Positions 10,774 through 19,366 of a stretch of 19,366 nt of DNA are shown here, piece by piece. Source of the DNA: Ginkgo biloba (taxonomy: Eukaryota; Plantae; Ginkgophyta); assembly GCA_024626585.2 (NCBI GenBank), contig JANKJI020000004.1:154707954-154727319 (forward strand). Direction: 5' to 3'. Both the position numbers and the translations under genes were made by a program. The notes below the pieces were generated by a model that saw only the letters and a program-made list of their open reading frames with translations, had not been told where the DNA came from and searched no databases. How positions within the stretch are numbered: the stretch's first letter is position 1; the number at the start of each line of letters is the position of its first letter.

Positions 10774-11340
10774 GGTGAAAATAAAGCAATGCCAGTTGTC
10801 TAAGCCTATGCAGAGTAGGATAATGTACCAAGGACATCGATCACTTCAGGGAGGATAGCTCCNNNNNNNNNNNNNNNNNNNNNNNNNNNNNNNNNNNNNN
10901 NNNNNNNNNNNNNNNNNNNNNNNNNNNNNNNNNNNNNNNNNNNNNNNNNNNNNNNNNNNNNNNNNNNNNNNNNNNNNNNNNNNNNNNNNNNNNNNNNNNN
11001 NNNNNNNNNNNNNNNNNNNNNNNNNNNNNNNNNNNNNNNNNNNNNNNNNNNNNNNNNNNNNNNNNNNNNNNNNNNNNNNNNNNNNNNNNNNNNNNNNNNN
11101 NNNNNNNNNNNNNNNNNNNNNNNNNNNNNNNNNNNNNNNNNNNNNNNNNNNNNNNNNNNNNNNNNNNNNNNNNNNNNNNNNNNNNNNNNNNNNNNNNNNN
11201 NNNNNNNNNNNNNNNNNNNNNNNNNNNNNNNNNNNNNNNNNNNNNNNNNNNNNNNNNNNNNNNNNNNNNNNNNNNNNNNNNNNNNNNNNGGGAGGGGGGG
11301 GGGGGGGGGGGGGGGGGGGAGGGGGGGGGGGGGGGGGGGG

Positions 11341-13409
11341 CGCTTCAGAGAGTAAGGAGATTCAAAAGGCAGGGTCCCATATGGGCTTCAGGGATAACGA
11401 TTCCTATATACTTTTGAAAATTTTAGAAACAAGTGATTGAGAAGAGCAGGGAAATTCTCTAAAAATTAAGGAGTTTTGGGCCAGCTAAATTGACCAACAA
11501 GTGAAGGGGAGCAATAGAAGAAGAGCCTATTTCAAGAGACGTTTGTTATTGAGGGATTTTGGATAAGGTTTGGGCCACTGAGATAAGGTAGAGTGGATCT
11601 TATCAGAAAGGGAGAGAGGGTTTTTTAAGGATCTAGAGATGAGCAACCACACCTCATAAGAAAAACAACATAACGAGAATATGTGAGAGACAAATTCTTT
11701 CTAGGCTTTGTAAAGGGAGCATCTATTGGGAAGAGAGAGTCCTTTATTGTTTAGGTTGTCGAGGGTAAGAATTTTATTGTGGACTACAAACAAGAAAAAT
11801 ATAGCTACTTTTGGCCAGAGCTTAGAATTCTAGCCTAACTTCTAGTAACTTCTTTTTAGGGGAAGGACCTCTATCTATTGATGAGTAAGGATATCATACC
11901 CAATGGAGACTAGGTAGGAAGTATGATTTTTCTTTTCCATACATACAATTCTATCCTTCTGATCGGATGGAAAGTATCTTAATTCCCAAATACTATCCAT
12001 CAGTAGGGAGTAATCTTCAAGTGGGAGGTTTGGATCCCTCCAGTCTTGAGAGAAATTCGAATCCTATATCTGTAAGTTTGCATTGCCTTTGGAGGGGTAA
12101 TCCTTTTTGTTGAATTCCTTCAACTTTGTAATGAATTTTCTCTCAAAGAAATCCATGATACCAACAAGTTGGGGATTGTTACTGAGAGGGGGATTTCCAT
12201 TCGAAGAGTCTCTCTAGAAGTTTATAAGATTACCACTGCCTGCTTCCCATGAGACAAAATTTTGAATAAGTTTACTGTCATTAACAATGTTGTTCCACAA
12301 GGATCATCCTTTAGGAAAGGTTTGAGATCAAAAGGCATTTAATTGGGACCATCCTCCCATACATTTCCCCAAAAGTATCCTTTTCCAGAGGTTAAGATTT
12401 CTAGTGATCAATCTCTATAATTTCTTAGCTCCCAAAGCTTTATAGAAAAATGAGAGTTTCTTTATACCTTCTCTACCTCTATCCTTTAGAAGACATATCG
12501 TGCTCTAGTTCAAGAGATGAAGACCTTTCTCCTTCTTCCCTCCTTTCCAAATATTTTTTTAGAAATTCTTTTCTATTTTTATCAGGGTCGACTAAGGGGG
12601 TGTTAGAATGGAACAAGCAAAAATAGGGAGATCAAAGAGAGTGCTTTTGAGGAGAGTCAACTTCCCTGCTAAATTTAGCCACTTTGAAGACCAAGAAGAG
12701 ATTATTTTCCTAATATTTTCTAAAATCCAAGTCCAATATTTCCTATAGCTTACTTTAGAGTGGATAGGGACCCCTAGATAAGGAAAGCCTTTTACTAGAT
12801 CCCCTAAAGGAAAATTGAGGACCTTACATAGGTTTCCTTTTTAGGGTGAAAGGAAAGTTATAGCAGAAGATGGATAATTTTTTTTTATTTATAAGGACTC
12901 CTGATGATGACATGAATTTATTCAAATTTTCTTTCAAAATCTTGGCCTCTGGGACATTAGCTTTATTCAGCAGGATTATATCATCCATGAATTGGGAATG
13001 GGAGACTCTTAGAGCCAAGGGAAATTTTTTTGCAACTGAGATTCTTTTTGTGCTAACTTATAAGGAGAGAATCCTACCCATGGATTATACCAGAAGGATA
13101 TAAAGGAATAGAGAGAGAGGACACCCTTACCTTAGACCTCTTGAGGCTTTAAAGAAATCTGTTGGGGAGCCATTTATCAAAATAGAGAAGGAGGGATTTG
13201 TTATACAAACTTTGATACAATTAAGAAGAGATGTACTAAACCCAAAATTCTTCAAGACATTAAGCAAAAATATCCAGTTGACTCTATCAAAGGATTTATC
13301 CATATCCAACTTTATGACCATTACTTTTTTATTAGAGGAGAGGGAAGAATGGATTAGTTCTTGAATAAGGACCACACTATCTAAGATTTTCTTTCTAGGA
13401 ATAAACCCC
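11341..13409 (-). mobile_element. L1-type LINE ORF2 remnant (reverse transcriptase + zf-RVT), decayed
   Basis: GFIPRKKILDSVVLIQELIHS...KLDMDKSFDRVNW...INGSPTDFFKASRGLR*GCPLS; SHSQFMDD (YADD-type motif); YLGVP. A zf-RVT-like WPKVAIF...NKILTLDNLNNKGLSLPNRC...HIFSLC..SYEVW lies near 11650-11820. Many stops and frameshifts. Confidence 0.93.
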
Positions 13410-14034
13410 NNNNNNNNNNNNNNNNNNNNNNNNNNNNNNNNNNNNNNNNNNNNNNNNNNNNNNNNNNNNNNNNNNNNNNNNNNNNNNNNNNNNNNNNNNN
13501 NNNNNNNNNGAACTTTAGAAGTTAGATAAAGATAAGTGGAAAAATTTTGAGAGATAGCATGAGCAAGGGCTCAAATATATTGTGTATCAAGCGAGGATGA
13601 TACAAGAGCATCATCACATTATGGGAATTTAGACAATTTTGATTAACCGACATTATTAGGGGAGGACTCAATGATAGGGTAAATTGATAATATTGATAAA
13701 AGGGAGTCTAAGACTGAAAACCAATAAGATGAGGTGGTTATCGATGGATAACACATCATTAAGGATAATAAACCCTTTACGCTAGAGCTAATAGATGAGT
13801 AAGAGCCAGTGGATTAGGCCGTAAATAGTATATACCTGATAGGTACTTTTTATATCTTGATGGCATCAAACACCATGGATAAAATTCCACAGAAGCCTTG
13901 GAGAAATATTTTTAAAAAATAGTTAAAGAAAGATTAAAATTTGGTGTAGTCAGCGGGTTTCACCAAGACACATTTTGAAGACTTGAATACCCACCTTGCG
14001 AGTTTTGTTGAGCCACGGGAGCAAAACACATTTT

Positions 14035-14571
14035 AAAGCCCAAATCAAACCCCTTCAAAGCTGACGGATTTTCTAGAGAGGAGGGCATGGTACTTGTCAA
14101 AATATTGGTACTTACAAGATCGCTCAAATTTATAAGGAGAGAGAGCCTGGCTGAAATATTTCCACTCAAATAGTTATACGTCAGAGCTGAAGTATGTAAA
14201 TTGCGGCATCCAGTGAGAGTACTCAGAATGTGGCCTTCCAGTTCATTCTTCTCCATCGCGATAACCCTCAACTGCGAAAGGCGTCCCAACTGTGGAGGAA
14301 TGAGGCTGCCTAAATGATTATTGCTCAGTGAGAGAACTTGCAGTCAAAAAAGTCGGTTCAATTCTTGTGGAACATTACCATGGAAAGAGTTATTAGAGAG
14401 ATCGAGGAACTGAAGAAAGGACATATTGCCAATAAGAGTAGAAATGGAGCCCTCTAAATCCATGGAAAATACATTGAGTGAAACAACTCTTTGTCTCCTA
14501 TTGCTGCATTTAACACCACTCCAACTACAAAAGCTGATGTTGGGCATCCAATTTTGTAACAAATTATGCGG
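14035..14571 (-). pseudogene. LRR receptor-like kinase N-terminal fragment (LRRNT_2 cap + ~5 plant-type LRRs), LRR-XII-like
   Basis: PHNLLQNWMPNISFCSWSGVKCSNRRQRVVSLNV...LEGSISTLIGNMSFLQFLDLSNNSFHGNVPQELNRLF*LQVLSLSNNHLGSLIPPQLGRLSQLRVIAMEKNELEGHI... ORFs 14344-14577 and 13960-14289 are one frame broken by a single TGA at 14346-14344. No signal peptide; LRR similarity ends near 14035. Confidence 0.92.
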
Positions 14572-14666
14572 CAACACAAGTGGACTGCATTTCAGATGGA
14601 TGTGAAATCAACCTTCCTCAATGGCTATATAGATGAGGAAGTCTATGTGGAACAACCAACAGGTTA
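14572..14666 (+). mobile_element. Ty1/copia reverse transcriptase fragment (RVT_2)
   Basis: QHKWTAFQMDVKSTFLNGYIDEEVYVEQPTG matches the copia QMDVKSAFLNG..EEEVYVEQP.G motif. Runs into a gap. Confidence 0.92.
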
Positions 14667-14766
14667 NNNNNNNNNNNNNNNNNNNNNNNNNNNNNNNNNN
14701 NNNNNNNNNNNNNNNNNNNNNNNNNNNNNNNNNNNNNNNNNNNNNNNNNNNNNNNNNNNNNNNNNN

Positions 14767-16294
14767 GACAAGGGGCCTGGTGATTCTTTAGAAGAATAAT
14801 ATTTTCGTGGGTTCTAAAGAGGACCATAGTAGATTTTGGATTACAACGTGAATGCATATCCTGATAGAGGATAGGGATTTCTAGATATATAATGTTTATG
14901 GGCCATTCATAAATAGAAAGAAAATCTTGGTTTAGATCCTTTTGGAAAAGAGCAAAAGATCTTAGTGTAGTCAACTAGATTGTGGGTGGTGATCTAAACT
15001 TGACTTTTTCTAGAGAAGAGAAGATAGGAAGCTTATGGAAAGAAGCACCATCATTAGAGTCTTGTATCGCTGGGATGCAAGACTTTAGGTTGGTGGATGT
15101 TAAATTGAGATTTGGTTCCTTCACATGGTTGAACAAGAGATTAGGGGTTTCTTATGTGTCAGAGCACCTTGATAGATTCTTGGTGAGTGATAGTTGTATC
15201 TCTAGTTTTTTAGGCTTGGAATCCAAATTTTGCTATAGTAGAGCTTTTAACCATAGACCAATAAGTTTGGAACTTTTTTCATACCCAAGCCAACCAAGGT
15301 TCCCTAGAAGTTTAATCCCTTGTTGATTCAAGAGAATGTTTTTTTGGAGAATATTTGGAGATGGTGGAGAGAGGGAGCTCCCTCTTTCGGTATGAAAATG
15401 TACAAGTTTGTCATAAGCTAGCCTTTGTCAAATCAAAGATAAATGACTAGGACCACTATATCTCAGAGAAAAAGAAAGAGGCAAAGAGGTTGGCAGACTG
15501 AAGTTTAGCCTTAATACAAGAGGAAATTGATAGAGAGGGTCTATCCTGCACCTGGCAGGAAAAGAAGGAGCAGTAGTCAAGGATTTAGATATGTTGTAGG
15601 AGGAGGAAGAAAAATGGAGGCTAGAGTCCAGGATGAATTGGTTGTCGTTCAAAGACAAGAATACTTATTTTTTCCACAAAGCAACAACTCAACAGAGTTT
15701 AGCAAATTACATCGGTAAAATCAAGAAAGGCAATGGGGTCTGGTTGAGTTCACAAGAGGAGGTGAGAGAGAAGGTTGTTAGATATTTCTCATCTCTCTTG
15801 TTAGAGGAGTAGACAGATAGGTATGTTGCTTAAAATGATATTCTACAAGTGATTCCTAAGTTAGTGTCAGAAGAAGAGAATGTTCTCCTAATCAAGCCAA
15901 TCTTTATGAAGGAATTGGAGAATGTGTTTTTTAGCATGAAGATGACAAATCTCCAAGACTAGATGGATTCCAAGCCAACTTTTTCAAATCTAGTTGGAAA
16001 GTGATTAAGAAGGATCTNNNNNNNNNNNNNNNNNNNNNNNNNNNNNNNNNNNNNNNNNNNNNNNNNNNNNNNNNNNNNNNNNNNNNNNNNNNNNNNNNNN
16101 NNNNNNNNNNNNNNNNNNNNNNNNNNNNNNNNNNNNNNNNNNNNNNNNNNNNNNNNNNNNNNNNNNNNNNNNNNNNNNNNNNNNNNNNNNNNNNNNNNNN
16201 NNNNNNNNNNNNNNNNNNNNNNNNNNNNNNNNNNNNNNNNNNNNNNNNNNNNNNNNNNNNNAATGTGGTTCTATCTCAAGAGGTCCTTCACTAA
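14767..16294 (+). mobile_element. Second L1-type LINE ORF2 remnant (endonuclease C-term, linker, start of RT)
   Basis: IVGGDLN...FTWLNKR...EHLDRFLVS...NHRPI (endonuclease); EEEEKWRLESRMNWLSFKDKNTYFFH; DGFQANFFKSSWKVIKKD; NVVLSQEVLH after the 244-N gap. Confidence 0.92.
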
Positions 16295-16349
16295 AAAAAA
16301 GTAAGGAAAGACAAAATTATACAAGTTCATAAAAGGCAATTGATGATGC

Positions 16350-16800
16350 ATGTCTCAAGAGCAAATAGAAAAGGAAAATGTTGTAGAGCATTACACTGAG
16401 ATAAGGTTAATAATGGATATGAATTTAACATCTAGAGATGAGTATTTACAGAAGATGGTTGATGTGGATAACCAAGCAAGTAGTTCTAATCAACACTCTA
16501 ATAAGCCAACTTAACAAGTACCAAGCCAAAATCCAAATCCTTAGAGCAACTAAAAGAAACAATATCACTGATAAGTAATGAACGATTGGAAATGATGCAA
16601 AGAGGCCTAAAAAAATATATGTAGAACTGAAATGATGCTAAGAACATTCAAGGTATATATAACCAATCTAGCACATTCTTCAACAATAGAGTAATGGTTT
16701 AACACATTGATGTCTTCCCTTAAGATTCCTCATAGCTTTATATATAATCATAAGATTTAAGAGACAACTAGAGTGAATTTTCTACCATGGTTGAGAAGAA
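16350..16800 (+). mobile_element. Possible heavily degraded LTR-retrotransposon gag-like remnant
   Basis: A-rich, Q/N/S-rich decayed frames (..QASSSNQHSNKPT*QVPSQNPNP.., FFNNRVMV*HIDVFP). Resemblance only. Confidence 0.25.
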
Positions 16801-17082
16801 AAGAAGTCACTCCCCAAAATACAATAAAATTATGCGAAAAGCGAGAAGCAAAAAGCAAGACGGTCTTAAGGAATGAAGGAATGGTAGAATCCTAGAGAAC
16901 AATAGCAAGTATGATTCTGTAGTCTACCCATATTCACCATGGTGGAAATGAAGGTTAATGTCTGGATCCAAAGGTCACAAGCTCTCTTTCACAAAGCGCA
17001 CAAGGATGCGCGATATAAATAACATTCAATTCTTCAAAATTGTCACACTACCAACTGATCAATTATTTTATTAGCACTGCTA

Positions 17083-17201
17083 CAGCTAATTTCTGCACGA
17101 AATAATTCTACAGCGTAGAAGAAGTGTCAGACGCCATTGCAGCTAATTTCTGCACGAATTAATTCTACAGCGTAGACGAGGTGTCAGACGACGCTGCAGC
17201 T
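17083..17201. repeat. 57-bp tandem duplication covering the kinase stop codon
   Basis: cagctaatttctgcacgaa(a/t)taattctacagcgtaga(a/c)ga(a/g)gtgtcagacg starts at 17083 and 17140. A third cagct is at 17197. Confidence 0.92.
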
Positions 17202-18198
17202 TTCCTCCTAATTATCTCACATGTACTGCGTAGCAAAGCCATGGGTATGGTTGGCTGCCAATCTATAAGAAGCGCCTGCACTACCTACAAATGATGCTCT
17301 CAAACTCTCCAACATCTCTCATAGTCGGTCTTTCTTGAGGTGACTCTCTTGTGCACAACAAACCAACGTGTAGTAATGAAATGACAAAGTTTTGGTGAAC
17401 ATCGTTAATTCAGTCCATTATTTCTCCTCCCACATCCCTTATTAGCAGGCTGGGATTGACAACATCCACCACTGTATTAGGAAAAACTGAACTCACCCAC
17501 TTGTGCAGGTTCAGGTCTCCCGCAAACATCTCATGGGTTGGCCGCTTTCTTGTAAGCATCTCTAAAATCATAACGCCATAGCTGTACACGTCTCCTTTCG
17601 TAGAAACCGTTCCACTCAATCCATATTCTACATTCAAGTCGAATGATCAGGAATATCAAATTTTGCATATGCAAACCAAAATTGTAAATTAGAAAGGAGG
17701 CAATTTTGCATACCTGGGGGAATGTAACCAATGGATCCTTTTACTGTAATTGTTGACGTGTACAAATCCATGGAATTTGCACAAGTTATTCGTGCGATAC
17801 CAAAATCCGATACACGTGCAGTCATATTTTCGTCCAGAAGCACATTGCCAGGCTTTAAATCACAATGCACAACTTGAAAAGGAGAGTAGTGATGCAAATA
17901 TTCCATAGCATGGGCAATGTCTATCGCTATGTTTACTCGTTCCCTTAACTTGAGTTCACAAACAATATCACTATACAAATGCTTTTCCAAACTTCCGCTT
18001 GGCATGTACTCAAGAACAAGGGCTTTGAATTGGAGGTTTGAACAAGATGTTACGATTTTCACAAGATTTCTGTGCCGAACTCTGCCCAATGCTTTGCATT
18101 CCATGCTAAAACTCTTGTGAGCTTCTTCATTCTGCAAATTGAGAACCTTGACGGCAGCAATTGTTCCATCGCTCAAAATGGCTTTATAGACCGCTCCG
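17165..18198 (-). pseudogene. LRR-XII-type non-RD receptor kinase domain (EFR/Xa21/FLS2 family), disrupted; 5' part lost in a gap
   Basis: GAVYKA..AVKVL..ECKALGRVRHRNLVKI..VVHCDLKPGNVLLD..VSDFGIAR..KGSIGYIPP|EYG..GDVYSYGVMILEMLTRKRPT. In-frame TGA at 17412-17410, after which homology continues (VISLLHVGLLCTRESPQERPTMRDV). A frameshift precedes LESLRASFVGS; probable original end SDTSSTL* at 17167-17165. Confidence 0.93.
17628..17713 (-). other. 86-bp GT-AG intron in the kinase domain
   Basis: CCA G|gtatgc...aatgtag|AA TAT GGA restores GYIPPEYG, the conserved LRR-XII intron position. Confidence 0.92.
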
Positions 18199-18967
18199 NN
18201 NNNNNNNNNNNNNNNNNNNNNNNNNNNNNNNNNNNNNNNNNNNNNNNNNNNNNNNNNNNNNNNNNNNNNNNNNNNNNNNNNNNNNNNNNNNNNNNNNNGT
18301 AAGTTATGGATTGGTGTATTAGGTTTTGTGTAAGGAAACATCGTTCTAGAAGTTCTATATTCATTTTTGGGCTCCTATAGAGAGTACCATATTTGTGCAT
18401 ATAGTATCGTATTCGTGTTCTCTCCTAAAGAACACATTGACATTGTATAACCTAAAAAGGTGCACAAATACACAATATCTGACTGTAAATGTGTGTTTCC
18501 ACAATACTCGAGGAATTGACTGTACAAAAAGTAGAAAGAGGCCATACAAGTTGACAAAAATATAATTTCCAGAGCATCAGAGAGTGCAGGGAAGATACGC
18601 TTTCACATACCTTTGAAATCCTCCAATTATCAAGTAAGTACATCAAGGATACATTGTAGAATCTAGAGTCTAGATAAAAAGGGATAAAATCCTCTTTTGA
18701 TAGAAATCCCCTAGTGAGGTTGTCTTGATGTAGAACAAGGCTAAGGAGGATCTAGGCAAGCACTTCAAGTTCTAGTGCTTATGGATAGGNNNNNNNNNNN
18801 NNNNNNNNNNNNNNNNNNNNNNNNNAAAAATATTTTTTTTTGGACATCATTCTTTCCTATTTTTTATATTTTGATTTTGCATATAAATCTTTTTTTATAT
18901 TACTTTATGTTTCTTATTTAAGTATTTTTTTAGATTACATTGAAAGATCTTATATTGTTCATATGTT

Positions 18968-18994
18968 TCTCTCTCTCTCTCTCTCACTCACTCA
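18968..18994. repeat. (CT)n / (CTCA)n microsatellite
   Basis: tctctctctctctctctcactcactca seen directly. Confidence 0.8.
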
Positions 18995-19366
18995 TGGTGA
19001 GCTTTTGGATCTTTCTTTATACATTCGACGACAAAATTCCATTAAGTAGGTGATGCTCATATTGTACCACTTAATTCTATCCTTCACTCTCTTTTTTACT
19101 AACATCTTCACTAACAACATTTCAATCACCTTTTTCATTTAACATAAAGAATTTGTCAAATTAACCTTTTGAGAGCATTAAATCTTACTTAACATCACAC
19201 TTTTATCATATCGATAATGACAAAGAGAATCTTCTTTTGGATGACCTACTTTTAGCACCTATAGGATTTGAGTTCTATGTTATACTATAAATATATTTCT
19301 TTCAAATCCATCGCTTAATGGATTAAGCATGGCTCTTCCTCGACCTAGAGATATGGGATCGACGAT

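Noticed and set aside
10842-10862. miR390-like sequence CACTTCAGGGAGGATAGCTCC (possible TAS3-like site)
   Set aside because: Only 15/21 identical, with mismatches in the seed and centre. No tasiARF motif or second site seen.
11290-11340. Poly-G tract as a G-quadruplex or regulatory element
   Set aside because: It sits at a contig edge next to Ns; length and content are unreliable and probably an artefact.
11341-16294. The two opposite LINE pieces as one twin-primed, 5'-inverted insertion (both break near the same VVL.QE..H RT motif)
   Set aside because: The overlapping codons differ substantially (SVVLIQELIH vs NVVLSQEVLH). Sense-strand composition also differs (C/T-rich vs G/A-rich), and LRR/copia DNA intervenes. 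They are different families.
18299-19366. Upstream LRR/transmembrane exon of the kinase
   Set aside because: No LRR or transmembrane-juxtamembrane pattern seen; the short ORFs look non-coding.

Overview
This is a gappy, AT-rich eukaryotic window from a land plant; the LRR-XII receptor and the TE remnants look gymnosperm-like, which is an inference. No intact protein-coding gene can be shown. The right half has two minus-strand pieces of LRR-XII (EFR/Xa21/FLS2-type, non-RD) receptor-kinase genes. One is a kinase pseudogene with the canonical PE-YG intron (17165-18198). The other is an LRRNT+LRR fragment (14035-14571) fused directly to a Ty1/copia RT fragment. These are interleaved with two decayed L1-type LINEs of opposite orientation. 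A Ty3/gypsy 5' end (LTR, tRNA-iMet PBS, gag) lies at 8430-9726. The left part has local duplications, a ~21-22 bp minisatellite with 42-bp higher-order structure, and a CpG-retaining island with splice-like signals and a SINE-like hairpin element. The most unusual item is an extra coiled-coil/basic/acidic-tail ORF lying between the apparent end of the minus-strand LINE ORF2 and a poly(A) tail, i.e. a candidate third LINE ORF. A 427-N gap separates it from the rest of ORF2.
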